Part shown: piece by piece, positions 13,220-27,138 of the stretch
Layout of the letters: every line of letters begins with the position of its first letter
Numbering within the stretch: position 1 is the first letter of the stretch
Assembly (NCBI RefSeq): GCF_006345805.1
Contig: NC_043001.1
Coordinates: forward strand, 49,290,001 to 49,354,000
DNA: 64,000 nucleotides
Direction: 5' to 3'
Origin: Octopus sinensis
Taxonomy: Eukaryota
The notes under the pieces: generated by a model
Database searches by the model: none
What the model saw: the letters and a program-made list of their open reading frames with translations, nothing else
Told to the model about the DNA's origin: nothing
Translations under genes and position numbers: made by a program

Positions 13220-13833
13220 AATTATGTAGTGGCATTTCTGTTACCGCTACTCACTCCTACTACAACTTCCCCTCTACTATATCTACTCCCACTATTCCTC
13301 ATACTAACTCTTTCATTACGTTGAACTGCCGCTACTATCTTCATAACACTGACACATCTTAATGCCACCACAACTATCATTTCTACTCCTACTGCTACTT
13401 TCACGAGCGCTATCACTCCTACTGTCGCCAAACGCTTCTGCTACTGTTCACTCAATCTCATACAAGCCCCTGCCTCTTCCACTATATTTACCACTTATAC
13501 TGCTACTATTACCTCTGCTACTATTACCTCTGCTACTATTACCTCTGCTACTATTACTTCTGCTGTCTACGGGGGGAACTGCTGTGAGATTGCTCGACTT
13601 GCTAGAAACAGTAGCTAAATGCCTCTCACATTACACCCACTGTCTTAAAGGACATATGGAATTGTGTAGTCCGGGGTTGTTATACTGAGACTCTTTAATA
13701 AAAGACGGGATGATCATGGATGGAAATGCTTAATTCGGGCTGAGCTAGTAGGGACAAAATAATTACAACAGCGACAAGAGAAACTACTACTACTACTACT
13801 GCTGCTGCTACTACTACTACTACTATACTACTA

Positions 13834-13871
<38 letters not shown>

Positions 13872-13945
13872 ACAACTACTGCTACGACGACCACCGCGAC
13901 GACATCCACCACCACCACCACCACCACCACCACCATCACCACTGT

Positions 13946-14009
<64 letters not shown>

Positions 14010-14045
14010 ACGACGACGACTTCCACCACCACCACCACCACCGCA

Positions 14046-14079
<34 letters not shown>

Positions 14080-14090
14080 GTGTAATTCTT
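13220..14090. repeat. Trinucleotide mosaic (CTA/CTG/CCA/CGA) plus a 15-bp tandem TGCTACTATTACCTC x4 (~13500-13560)
   Basis: Direct reading. Confidence 0.85.
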
Positions 14091-14387
14091 CTTTCTCGCT
14101 GATCGCTTTTATCTTCAAAATCGATGTAACATAAAAAAAGCAGGCGATACCAATGTGCATGTACGCGTGTGCATTTGTTTGTATGCGCTCGCTCGTGTGT
14201 GTGTGTGTGTGCATATGGATGTGTACGTATGTGCATGCGAGTGTGTGCCTGTGTGTGCGTGGAAGTTTTTTCAACTCATTATATTACATATATGAGACGC
14301 GTGTATTTCTTTTCTTTGTCATATTGTTGATTTTCATCATTTAGTATCACTAATTCCGGCCCATTTCTCTCTAAACACACACACACA

Positions 14388-14418
<31 letters not shown>

Positions 14419-14539
14419 CACAACTATATGCTTTTGTTTCAGTCATTTCTCTTTGGGTACGAGGGCTCAAACAGTAAATGATTTTATTAGATATTATCAA
14501 TTCTATGAGTGTCTATATGTCTGTGAGTGTGTTTCCCCT

Positions 14540-15730
14540 GTTTGTTACGTCTATAGTAAACTATAATAAAGGACATTTTACGCCGTTTTAACGAGCCCTC
14601 ATCTAATGAAATAGCCGTCCCTATAGTGGGTGATCCCCATGAAAATCGTGATATTTTCATTCGTGCTCGAGATAACAACCTTAAATGTGTTTCAGACTCA
14701 TCCCTCTTATGATGCTCTTCAGTATACTCTTATTCTGTGGAATGGACAAGATGGGTATCATTTCAATATTCCACTGATTGAACCTGCAACAAGAGAGCCA
14801 ATTACAAACAAACAGTGTCATCAAATGACTTCTATTCTTACCAACTGATGTTAAGATCAGAACAATCAAATCAATTACACATGTATCCTGATCTATTTTG
14901 GCAATACCTGGTTGATATGTACACTAAAGTTGAGAGTCAGCGTCTCCTCTACACTTGTAACAATCAAAAAAGTTCAAGGCTAAAAATCATCTTCATCTCC
15001 AAGAGGCTCTGAGGACAGATGGTGATATTCAAAACATGGGGCAACTTATAATCCTCCCATTATTATTCACAGGTTGTCCTCGATATATACACGAACGAAT
15101 ACAAGATGTTATGACATATGTCAGGACATACAGAAAAACCAGATCTTTTTGTCACTTTCACCTGCAATCCCAAATGGAAGGAAATAAAATCTAACCTTCT
15201 TCCAGTGTTGCATCTTCTGGTATTACAGCTACTCTCCTCAATAGGGCAAGAACTGCTCATTCCATGTTCAACATTGCAATGAAGGAATCTCAAAACATGC
15301 AACATTTCCCAAAACTCTGCAATGGCAACAGTTCTCCTCTGCCATATCGTAGATCTTCAGAGGTACTTGACCGTACCCTCCAAGACATAAAAAACAATAG
15401 CACGCTCATGGGAGGAGTAACAGTTCTTGCAGGAGATTTTCGTTAAACGTTTCCAGTTATCCCCAGAGGATCAATAGCTGATAAGGTCAATGCATACTTT
15501 AAAAAATCGTACCTTTGGAGATGTGAAAAACTTCATCTTACAAACAACATGAGAGTACTTCTACAAGGGGATCATACGAGCTTCTTAAAATTGGTAATGA
15601 TATATTAAAATTCATCTCAAGACTTCAGCTACATGAAATTACATGCAGTCAAATGATACTTTCCCTTTGGGATCTTATGAATAAAGTATTTCCTAATTTA
15701 TCTGTCAATTACACTGATGTAAACTGGCTA
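14540..15730 (+). mobile_element. Helitron Rep/PIF1-helicase remnant, internally deleted
   Basis: HPSYDALQY..GQDGYH; LFWQYLVDMYTKVESQRL; KPDLFVTFTCNPKWKEI; EVLDRTLQDIKNNSTLMGGVTVLAGDFR; LTNNMRV. Confidence 0.85.
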
Positions 15731-16302
15731 TGTGAACCTAGAACGATGTGGTTAGGAAGCAAGCTTCTTGTCACAGAGCCACGCCTGCACCTGTATACAT
15801 TTACTTTTTAAACGTATGTCTTCTGAATAAAATATATCTATATTCATAGCGATATTAATATGACTGGACTGTATTATGGCTATTGTTAAAAGTTAAGGAT
15901 TATTATAAATGCAATTAATATGTCATCTCGCTAGTTGACGATATACCTTTACTGAGTGGATCAATAGGTATTTAAAATAAAACAGATACTTTCTTCATAA
16001 AAGAAGAGAATTCGAAAAAGTATGTAGTCAAATAATGTCTTTCTCTGTTAAGGAGTCATGTGACCAATCTAACCTTCGGCTATCACCACGCGAATGTCGC
16101 GAGGAGACATTTCTTTTGATATGACGTCAATTAGAAAACAGTCACGTGTAAGTGTTTTTTTTTCTGTTTTTATGTTGCCAAAATTGGTGCTTTGGCTCAG
16201 AGTTTACCGAGGGTTATAAAACAGCTTTTTTGCCACGCTTTGATGTCAGTTGCTAACAGGGCTTCGTGAAGGCAGATCGCAGAATCGATAATTGACGGGA
16301 AC

Positions 16303-18142
16303 AGATCTGTTCAGTTTGGCTCACAGATTTTTTAATTAATTTTTAAAAAACTAAACAGTTTGAAACTTTGTATACTTGTGGAATGTCTCACGCAGAACAC
16401 GGTTTACTTTGAACATATTTGACAAAATTTGGTATTTTAGAAGTTATTTCGTGTTAAAGTTGTCGTATTTGGGTAATTTCAACCAATCAACGACGTGTAT
16501 TCAGATGAAGAAAGCTACTGCAGTTCACGACAGTAACCGAAGAGGAACAACTTCCGGGTCATCTCTACTAAATGTTTCCTTATTGCCTGTGTTGCATATT
16601 ACACGCTTTTTTTTTTTTTTTTTTTTTTTGGTTCTCGCGTCGGAGTAACCAGTAAACATCGAAGAACCAACACCAAGAAGGAAGAAATATTATTTACATA
16701 TATTTATTCGTTCGCCCGACATCGGTATTTTACCCAAATATATAAAGCGCTCCGGTGTTTAATGGACCAATGGAGCTACAAGACCGCAGCTAGCATTTTT
16801 ATTGTTGACGTAGTTTCAAAATGCCTTATTTTCAACTATATGTATTGTTATTCTCATGATTTTATCTTACTATAATCAACAACAAACATATTTCGTCAAT
16901 GAGTGGCTGTTTGGTAAGTAGCTTGCTAACCAACCACATGGTTCCGGGTTCAGTCCCACTGCGTGGCATCTTGGGCAAGTGTCTTCTGCTATAGCCCCGG
17001 GCCGACCAATGCCTTGTGCGTGGATTTGGTAGACGGAAACTGAAAGAAGCCCGTCGTATATATGTATATATATATATATATAAGTGTGTATGTATATGTT
17101 TGTGTGTCTGTGTTTGTCTCCCTAGCATTGCTTGACAACCGATGCTGGTGCCGACAGCAAGAAGACAGCGGGAAATGGCAAGCCAACGAATAAGAGACCA
17201 AACATGACAGAAAGTGAACAAACAGGCGCAGGAGTGGCTGTGTGGTAAGTAGCTTGCTAACCAACCACATGGTTCCGGGTTCAGTCCCACTGCGTGGCAT
17301 CTTGGGCAAGTGTCTTCTGCTATAGTCCCGGGCCGACTAATGCCTTGTGAGTGGATTTGGTAGACGGAAACTGAAAGAAGCCTGTCGTATATATGTATAT
17401 ATATATATAAGTGTGTATGTATATGTTTGTGTGTCTGTGTTTGTCTCCCTAGCATTGCTTGACAACCGATGCTGGTGTGTTTACGTCCCCGTCTCTTAGC
17501 GGTTCGGCAAAACAGACCGATAGAAAAAGTACTGGGTTACAAAGAATAAGTCCCGGGGTCGATTTGCTCGACTAAAGGCGGTGCTCTAGCATGGCCGCAG
17601 TCAAATGACTGAAACAAGTAAAAAAAAAAAAAAAAAGAGTATAAAGGTCTTTATTAGATTAAAAATAACATTATCAAAACATGAAGGTGAAACAAAACAA
17701 ATAGCGGTTTATACACCGGGAAATACTGTAATTGTAGCGTCAGTGACAAATTCGCTCGCCGGTTGTTAGTTGATAGTGTAGAAGGGAGAAAAAGGGTAAG
17801 GAATGCACGGTGCTGACTAGAAGAGAAGAAAGGATAAAGGTGGCATCGTCTTCGCTTGACATACGAATAGAACAGAGTGGTGACATTTAGTAGAGATGTT
17901 CTTCTTCGATTACTGTCGCAAACTGCAGTAGCTTTCTTCAACTGAATACACGTCGTTGATTAGTTGAAATTTCATAAATACGACAGCTTTAGCACGAAAT
18001 AACTTCTAAAATATCAAATTTTGCCAAAAATGTTCAAAGTAAACTATATTCTGCGTGAGACATTCCACCGGTATACGAAGTTTCAAACTGTTTAGTTAAA
18101 AAAAATTAATAAAAAAATCTGTGAACCAAACTGAACAGATCC
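16303..18142. mobile_element. Long-TIR DNA element (~270-bp TIRs, GGATC-type end) carrying SINE insertions
   Basis: AGATCTGTTCAGTTTGG... (16303-~16575) is the reverse complement of ~17878-18142 (...CCAAACTGAACAGATCC); only an imperfect TSD. Confidence 0.8.
16900..17625 (+). mobile_element. Two tandem SINE family A copies (truncated + full)
   Basis: 16900-17150 and 17225-17625 share diagnostic variants. Confidence 0.85.
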
Positions 18143-18205
18143 GCGGAACCAACTGAGAATATGAAATTTCATTTGCCTATAAGGAAGAGTTTTCACACAC
18201 ACACG

Positions 18206-18274
<69 letters not shown>

Positions 18275-18544
18275 TTATAACTTGGGGAACACATAGTTTA
18301 TCTACTCTTCCCACGCCTTAACATTTTCATTAGGGACAAAGGAGTGACGATCATGCTGTGCGAAAAATTTCTTCAACTTTGTTGACGTCATAAGAATTTA
18401 TAAACTCTCGACAGAACGTGAAATAATTCTTTTTGGAACAGTGGATCTCGAAGCGCATAAGTATTGGCTTGGAAAGCTCTTTTGAGTTGAAAAGATCGAA
18501 GGCTGCCCTATTTAAAATATACAATATTTACATGTCAGCAGTTA

Positions 18545-18730
18545 GAATCGTTGGCACGCCGAATAAAATGCTTAGTGGTATTTGGTCTATCTTTATGCTC
18601 TGAGTTCAAATTCCGTCGAAGTCGACTTTACCTTTCATCATTTCCAGTTCGATAAAATAAGTACTCGTTGATGTAGACGACTTTCACACCTCTGAAACTG
18701 AATGGCTTTTGTTAAAATTTGAAACCGTTA
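18545..18730 (+). mobile_element. SINE family B
   Basis: GCAGTTAGAATCGTTGGCACGCCG...GAGTTCAAATTCCGTCGAAGTCGACTTT. Confidence 0.75.
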
Positions 18731-18884
18731 CTAATAGCTTTATGTGTTCGAGATCCACTATTCCAGAAAAAAAATTACTTCAATTTTTACTATACTATTA
18801 AAATTTTCTGTTGAGACAAAAACTGGCAAAGATATCGTACTGTTATTTTTTATCAAGATCTGAACCTCATTTTAATTTTTTAGG

Positions 18885-19187
18885 CGTCCTTTTAAAGCCC
18901 AGCCAGGCTCATGGGCCCGATTTCCTGGTTTCTGTGGCGTATGTGTTCCCCCCAGCTGTACGGGACGCCAGTCCATCGCAGCGTTACTCAAGAAACAGGA
19001 AGAAAGAGTGATAGAAAGTTGGGGCGAGAGAGTAGAACAGGGGTCGCCACCAACCCCTGCCGGAACCTCGTGGAGCTTTTAGGAGTTTTCGCTCAATAAA
19101 CACACACAACGCCCGGTCTGGGAATCGAAACCGCGATCCTCCGACCGCGAGTCTGCTGCCCTAACCACTAGGCCATTGCACCTCCAC
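18885..19187 (-). mobile_element. SINE family C, full length
   Basis: Head TGGAGGTGCAATGGCCTAGTGGTTAGGG...GGTTTCGATTCC on the minus strand. Confidence 0.85.
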
Positions 19188-19597
19188 CATTTTTATTTAC
19201 AACCCTAAAATATTCTTAAGCGTCAGAAAATCCAGTGAAAGCTGTATTACTTCAGGCAGGAATTTTTCTGCGTGATATTCATTGACTTTGAACTTGGCCT
19301 TGTTCCAAAAGTTGACATGTTTTATTACCTGTTATTTTAAAAAGATATTTTTCTGAATTTCATTCGCCAGAACTTGATTGCTTAGAACAAGAATTATTTT
19401 TCTGTAGCAAAAGCTACTCACTGGCTGAACCTAGTAAACGTGCTTTTCTTGCTGTAAAATTGCCCTCTTAAATAACGATCTCTTGACATGTTCTTCTGTG
19501 CAAAACATTTTAACGATCCTTATGTTTGTACAATCTTTCTCGGTGAAACTAAATTTGAATACATTTAGCTAGAACCAACACTTGATTTGTGATCAAA

Positions 19598-19900
19598 ATA
19601 TTGCTTTCAAGTTTTGGCACAAGGCCAGCAATTTCAGGGGAGGGATAAGCCAATTAGATCAACCCTAGTGCTCTACTGGTACTTATCTTATTGACCCCGA
19701 AAGGATAAAAGGTAAAGTCGACCCTGACAGAATTTTAACTTAGAACATAAAGACGGTGAAATACCGCTAAGCATTTTGATTTGGGAATAAAATATTGCTT
19801 TCAAATTTTGACACAAGGCCAGTAATTTCGGGGAAGAGGGCAAGTAGATTACATCGATCCCAGTGCTCAACTGGTACTTATTTTATCGACCCGGAAGGAG
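19598..19900 (-). mobile_element. Two adjacent SINE family B copies
   Basis: Repeated TATTGCTTTCAA.TTTTG.CACAAGGCCAG tails. Confidence 0.75.
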
Positions 19901-20289
19901 GAAAGGCTGCCTTATTTGTGAATGAAAGTCAATTGAAAATTTTCGTTCTTTATTCTCTTTGCTTGATGTGTAAGTCCTTACATCAACCAAGCTAGTGGGC
20001 TTTTTGAAATATTTTCACGCGTGTGACATTCAACAGCGATTCTCTTTTTACTTTGCTGCCAAAGTGTTCCGGCTGACAATTCTAAATTTCTTAACGTATT
20101 AGTACAGCTTTCGCTATTTAACACATAATTTAAAATAAATTTCCTATTGACTTAAAAAAAAATACATAAGACATATTGCCATAAGAAAATAGAAAAAGAA
20201 AAAAAAACTAAGCTGAAAGTTTAAAGGTAATATATGGAATAACCATTGCCTATCTATTAATTCATTATAAGCTTTATGTCTCTTTGTCT

Positions 20290-20471
20290 TTAGCAAACAC
20301 ACACACGCACAATAAGACATATACAGATATATGCATATATATATATATATATATAATATATATAAATTAAAAAAAATATAATATATGTATGTATATATAT
20401 ATATATATACATATATAATATATATATATATATTATATATATATTATATATAATATTATGTATATAATATA

Positions 20472-20541
<70 letters not shown>

Positions 20542-20799
20542 TATAAAAGTATGTATATATATATATATCATACGTATATATATTATGTATTTATATGTAT
20601 ATGCATACACACACGCACTTTTATATGTATAAGCATCTCTCTCTCTCTCCTTTGCTCTCTATCAATGTATCTATCTATCTATCTATACAAACACATAGCC
20701 ATACATACATGCATATATATATACACACACACATAACTATACATACATATATACCGTATAAAATTAGTGTACATTTAAACACAAAATGAGGTGACCTTA

Positions 20800-20886
<87 letters not shown>
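20290..20886. repeat. (TA)n/(TATG)n/(TATC)n microsatellite block
   Basis: Direct reading. Confidence 0.9.
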
Positions 20887-21195
20887 GGCGTAGGAGTGAA
20901 TGTGTGGTAAGTAGCTTGCTTACAAACCACATGGTTCCGGGTTCAGTCCCATTGCGTGGCACCTTGGGCAACTGTCTTCTGCTATAACCTCAGGCTGACC
21001 AAAGCCTTGTGAGTGGAAACTGAAAGAAGCGATACTTGTGTGTTTACGTCCCCGTAACTTAGCAGTTCGGCAAAAAGGACCGATAGAATAAGTACTAGGC
21101 TTACAAAGAATAAGTCCTGGGGTCGATTTGCTCGACTAAAGACGGTGCTCCATCATGGCCACAGTCAAATGACTGAAACTAGTAAAAGAGTAAAA

Positions 21196-21197
<2 letters not shown>
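20887..21197 (+). mobile_element. SINE family A with internal deletion
   Basis: Head GGCGTAGGAGTG..TGTGTGGTAAG joined to the tail without the central microsatellite. Confidence 0.85.
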
Positions 21198-21248
<51 letters not shown>

Positions 21249-21579
21249 ATATATATATAGACAGATAGAGAGAGAAAGAAGGAGAGAGAGAAGAGAGAGA
21301 GAAAGAGAGAGAGGGAGAGTTACAGATATTGTCATAAAAGTATGATTAGATAATGGCTACATATGTGCTCTGCAACACACACAATGACTTATTTCAAAAC
21401 GAGGTATTTATTTCTTTACAAAATCTGCTCAATAAATAATTAAAAGTTAATTAGTCCTTCGACAATGTCTCGATAAAGAGGAAATAAAACGGAACGAAGA
21501 AATATCTAATATTTCATAAAAAGCTGATGTGTGCGCATGTTCGAGTACGTGCAAGTGTCTATATATATATATATATATA

Positions 21580-21623
<44 letters not shown>

Positions 21624-21959
21624 GTGATTGCGTGTGTGTGTGTGTGTGTGCACACACAACATGTATACACACACATATACATACATATATATATTAGTTT
21701 TTTTATATATAAGTATATATATATGCATCTATGTATATATAAATATATACGTAATATATATATATAAATATACGTAAAAAATATATATATCTGTATAGGT
21801 ATATATGTATGTGTATATATACATACATAAATATACATACATACATACGTACATACATACATACATACATACATACATACATACATACATACATACATAC
21901 ATACATAGAGATTATAAATAGTGGCTGCTTTCTCGATTACGAATAAAGCCAAAGTTAGA

Positions 21960-22920
21960 AAGAATCATCGAAATGAGTCATTGATTATGCAATGTGAGGC
22001 CCTTGTATGAGTCTTGAGTCCGGCCAAAGATTTGCACATTTTATTGCATAATGCACAGTTGTGCTGGCTGGTGGAAGGAACCAGTACTACAGTATGAAGT
22101 CTTTTGACAAGTCTTTTTAATATTCCAACTGAACGGCACACATTTCCACAGGTTGTACATGTTGTGTAGTCATCAATAGCTGTATCATAATATACAAGGG
22201 TTCGATTCTTGTGGATTCTTTGATGGCTCACCAAGCCTGCACCACTTAAACATTTCCTCTTACAAATCACACACGTAAAAATCAATACTCCTCCGTTTTC
22301 TTTTGGCTCATTTTTTTCTAAGCTTTCCCCTGATTTTTTTTGTGCTTCATCCTCTCTCTTTCAAACTTCGAGCAACCACTGTGCACTCTTTTCCTCCATC
22401 TATTTCGATTTTGTGCTTCTCTCTCCCAATCAACATCTGAAATTCCTGTTTGTGCCAAAGCAGTTTTAAGGTAGTCTTTGAACATCATTTTGTGCTGGCT
22501 TTTTACGATCTTTCAGCTCTCCGTACAAAGGAATTCTTTTATCACTTATTTTCACCAGATGTCAGCTCCACCTCAAACGACTTTGAAGAATGGTCACTTC
22601 TACACTCCTACTAAAACTTCTCTCTTGTACCTCTACATTACTGATCACCGTTCTCCATCTTACTCCAAGAATTTCCCGAAGACAATGTTGATGGAATCGC
22701 TTGAAATGTTTCAAATGTTTACGATAAATAACTCATGTCTCACTTCCACAGAGCATTGATGGAAGAATACACATGTTATAAACATTAACTTTAGTTTGGA
22801 CAGATATGCTATAGCGTGACCAGAGACGCTTGTAAAGCCTACCAAAGGCATCACGCAACCAGTATTGTTGAGGTTAGATATCTGTAATAAAAGTTTCACT
22901 TAGAATTGCGTTACTTAAAG
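21960..22920 (-). mobile_element. RTE/BovB-like LINE 3' remnant with C-terminal zinc-finger-like motifs
   Basis: DAFGRLYKRLW..TKVNVY..CILPSMLCGSET..RFHQHCLR; ORF 21965-22285 has three CxxC..GL..H motifs. Confidence 0.75.
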
Positions 22921-23399
22921 CTGCACAAACAGAAATAGTATGAGTAGTGTGTGGTTATGGCTTCTAAATAAGGCTAATAGTTATTGGATGTTTCATCGAC
23001 CATTTGCGATCAAATGGTGAATGCTTCTACATACTTCTAAACTTCAACAAAACAGTAAACCATATATTTTACATTAACTCCCTTGAGAAACTCACATTCT
23101 AGTTCGCCAGCGTTAACTTCAGTCAGTAGGTGCTCATAAATGGGTATTTAGATTTAATGGAACGTAGTATGCTATAGGTAAATGCTAAAAAACATTTATT
23201 TTTACTAGGAGATCTACTTTAGGAAGTGCGGAACAGTTGTCTAAAATGAGCATTATCTTACAGTTGTGGTTCACGCCATTAGAATCACAGCGAACTCTTA
23301 GAGAACAAAGCAACTATCAAATCTATTGAATGTTTTGTCAGTCGTTATCCAACCATTTTTTCTGACACAATGACTCACAAATTACCACGCAGTATGACA

Positions 23400-23650
23400 T
23401 AATGTTTGATGGTTTAAAGCCTGTTAGTGATTCTGCATCCGCTGTTGTTGTGTTCTTCGCGTACATTCTCAAAACAATGATATCTCAGCTGCATTGTAAA
23501 TCTGCTGAGGATATATGTCCATCTGAAATTAACTTGGCGAAATTGCAACAAACTTAGCAGGCGTTTCCTTGTCTGTCGAACATTTTCACCACATCTTGCA
23601 CTAAACATTAAGTCATGACGATCCTTGGAACACTGTAGCTATTCCTCACT
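23400..23650 (-). mobile_element. Possible PLE GIY-YIG fragment, highly decayed
   Basis: ARCGENVRQTRKRL resembles C..YVGQT.R.L. Confidence 0.3.
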
Positions 23651-23751
23651 ATATTCTTCACTGTATTCTCACTCATAATATAAGATTAATTTTTTAAAAT
23701 AAATTTTTTGGGGCTTGTTCCTTCGTTATATCTCCTGACAACTCAGCACCT

Positions 23752-23983
23752 ATTTCTTTATTACCCACAAGGGGCTAAACACAGAGGGGACAAACAAGGA
23801 CAGACATAGGTATTAAGTCGATTACATCGACCCCAGTGCGTAACTGGTACTTAATTTATCGACCCCGAAAGGATGAAAGGCAAAGTCGACTTCGGCGGAA
23901 TTTGAACTCACGACGTAACGCAGACGAAATACCATTAAGCATTTCGCCCAGTGTGCTAACGTTTCTGCCAGCTCGCCGCCTTC
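23752..23983 (-). mobile_element. SINE family B, full length
   Basis: Reverse complement GGCGGCGAGCTGGCAGAAACGTTAGCAC...AGCCCCTTGTGGGTAATAAAGAAATA. Confidence 0.9.
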
Positions 23984-24599
23984 ATTGACAACTCAACACC
24001 GTTAATTTTTACATTCCCTAAACCACTTCATCACAGCTTAATCTAATTCTGTACTTTTTCATCTTTCATTGTTTCCTTTTAAATGGCCGCTTCTTTGAAT
24101 TACTGTTAGCAAGAAATAGAAACAGTTGTCTTTTTCTGCTTCTTACTGTCATAAATAGTGAGAGCTCACACAAATTTCTTAGTTTCTTACAGACACACAT
24201 TTGTCAACATTTTTTTCAAAAATTTAGCCTTGTTTTTAATGGATAATGCCTGGTGTTTGCGCTTAACACAATAGGCATTTTATTCATTGGTTTTACTGAC
24301 AAATGGAAAAAATACATTGTAATATCTTGACTGTTTGTAAGTAATGGCGTTGACGACAATGTTATTATGCAGCATTTAGCGCGACCAAATATTAGCGTCA
24401 GGTTGATGTGACGATCCAGAACTTGAGATAGAAACTAGGTCAGTTGAAATTTGTGCTGGATTAATGATGAACACGGATTACATTACCTCCACACACACAC
24501 AATATAATTATATATAACATGTAAATACATACATACACACACACACATACATACATACATACATACATACATACATACATACATACATACATACATACT

Positions 24600-24928
24600 T
24601 AAGGAGCACTCTGTCGGTTACGACGACGAGGATCCCTGCTGATACGATCAACGGAACAGCTTGCTCATGAAATTAACGTGCAAGTGGCTGAGTACTCCAT
24701 AGACACGTGTACCCTTAACGTAGTTCTCAGGGAGATTCAGCGTGACACAGAGTGTGACAAGGCTGGCCCTTTGAAATACATGTACTACACAATTTTACCA
24801 TCTGAATGGAATGGAGCAACGTGAAATAAAGTGTCTTGCTCAAGGACACAACGTGCCACCGAGAATTTAACCTACGACCTTACTATTGTGAGCCAAATGC
24901 CCTAACCATTAAGCCACGCGACTTCACT
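24600..24928 (-). mobile_element. SINE family D
   Basis: Homologous to 61702-62030; tRNA-like head and CTTGAGCAAGACACTT core. Confidence 0.8.
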
Positions 24929-25340
24929 ACATTCATACATACATACATACATACATACATACATACATACATACATACTATTGGACAGTTAAAGTATATA
25001 TATCTAAAATTTTGCTGAAATTGATGGGTGAATGTTTGGTCCAGTCGGATGCGCAAGGAGCCGTGTAAGCTTTGATTTGTGGGTTCGATTCTGGTTTGGG
25101 TTGTATTATTGCCCTTTATGTACGAGTATTATCAATTTCATGGGTAAAATATTTCTCTGGGAACGAATTATGATTTATAACATTGCTACTATAGAAAATT
25201 ATTGCTCTATTTTACGAGTTTTCGCTTTACGAGCGGCCTCTGGATACAAATTAACTCGTATACCGCTGACGTTTCTGTCAGCTCACCGGCTTTTGCTATA
25301 TATATATATATATATATATATTATTATGTGGGGTGTGTGT

Positions 25341-25411
<71 letters not shown>

Positions 25412-25431
25412 GTATATATATATATAGTATA

Positions 25432-25608
<177 letters not shown>

Positions 25609-25612
25609 TCTT

Positions 25613-25841
25613 TTTCTTTTTTTTCTTTTTTTACTTGTTTCAGTCATTTGAATGCGGCCATGCTGGAGCGAGCACCGCCTTTAGTCGAGCAAATCGACCC
25701 CGGGACTTATTCTTTGTAAGCCCAGTACTTATTCTATCGGTCTCTTTTGCCGAACCGCTAAGTGACGGGGACGTAAACACACCAGCATCGGTTGTCAAGC
25801 AATGCTAGGGGGACAAACACAGACATACAAACACTCACACC

Positions 25842-25873
<32 letters not shown>

Positions 25874-26045
25874 CATATATAAGACAGGCTTCTTTCAGTT
25901 TCTGTCTGCCAAATCCACTCACAAGGCATTGGTCGGCCCGGGGCTATAGCAGAAGACACTTGCCCAAGATGCCACGCAGTAGTACTGAACCCGGAACCAT
26001 GTGGTTGGTTAGCAAGCTACTTACCACACAGCCAATCCTGCGCCT
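25613..26045 (-). mobile_element. SINE family A, full length
   Basis: Complete head, core, microsatellite and tail. Confidence 0.9.
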
Positions 26046-26103
26046 ATGTATATATATATGTATATAAATATATATATGTATATATTATATAATATATGTA
26101 GTA

Positions 26104-26135
<32 letters not shown>

Positions 26136-26267
26136 ATGTGTGTGTGTGTGTGTGCGTGTTGTATGTATATATGTATATATGTATGTATGTTTGTGTGTGT
26201 TAAATAAAATGAGACAACAAAGCCAAGGCTGTGTGGAGGTTTCAGGACATTTATAAAGAGAAAGTTA

Positions 26268-26315
26268 GTATTACAGCTGTTTCTGGGATATTAGGGATGT
26301 CCCTTCTTCAGAGAC
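26268..26315 (-). ncRNA. Hammerhead ribozyme copy A
   Basis: GUCU-CUGAAGA-A-GGGACAU(CCCUA)AUAUCCC-A-GAAA-CAGCUG-UA^AUAC; mismatches in stems I and II. Confidence 0.65.
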
Positions 26316-26494
26316 GATGATTAAATAGAGGGAAATAGTAGAGTTCAATATAGGAGCTATTTTGGAAAAGAAAGCAGATAAGTAGTATATAGGGAAATAT
26401 TTCTCTATTTCCCTATATACTCTTGATTTGCTTCCTTTTTCAAAATAACTCTTATTTTGAGCTCTAATATTTCCCTCTATTTAACCATCTCATA

Positions 26495-26544
26495 TCGTCT
26501 CTGATGAAGGGATATCCCTAATATCCCAGAAACAGCTGTAAGAC
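26495..26544 (+). ncRNA. Hammerhead ribozyme copy B
   Basis: GUCU-CUGAUGA-A-GGGAUAU(CCCUA)AUAUCCC-A-GAAA-CAGCUG-UA^AGAC; predicted cut after 26540. Confidence 0.8.
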
Positions 26545-27096
26545 TAAATTTCTCTTTATAAATGTCCTGAAAAAACTCCACTCAGCCTTGGCTTTGTTGT
26601 CTCATTTTAGTTAACATATACACGTTCATACAAGACCCGCTTTAGACTCCTTACTTGTATCATTACCGGACCGAGTATTTAACCATGGTCCTTCCATAGC
26701 ACTTACATAGCGTTACCTGCCACCGGGTATCAAACTGGCAGTCAACAGAGAGTAGTTTAGAATGCCTGTTTTCGACTCTCTTCTCTCTGAGTTCAAATCC
26801 CGCCAAGGTTAACCTTGTCTTTCATCTTTCCGAAGGACAATAAAATAAGTACCAATCCAGGATGGTGAATTGACGGAGTTGTTTGAGTAATGCATGGTAT
26901 CTCTTGTTATATCTGTTCCGGTTGTGTATATTCTAAGTGTGAATCCTACCCCATCACTCGCAAACTGTTGGCACTCTTCTCAGAAGCTCCAAGTCTCACT
27001 GCGTGGCACCTTGGGTAGGTGTCTTCTACTAAAGCCACGGGCCAACCAGAGATTTATGAGTAAATTTGGGTAGACGGAAACTAAAAGAAGTCCGTC

Positions 27097-27138
<42 letters not shown>

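Noticed and set aside
16060-16230. CRE (TGACGTCA), E-box and TATAAAA cluster suggesting a promoter
   Set aside because: Short motifs are expected by chance in AT-rich DNA; no linked first exon.
19115-19187. tRNA gene-like sequence
   Set aside because: It is the head of a multi-copy SINE, with no complete cloverleaf acceptor stem or T-run terminator.
19328-19404. Minus-strand exon-like segment with good splice sites
   Set aside because: All three frames contain stops.
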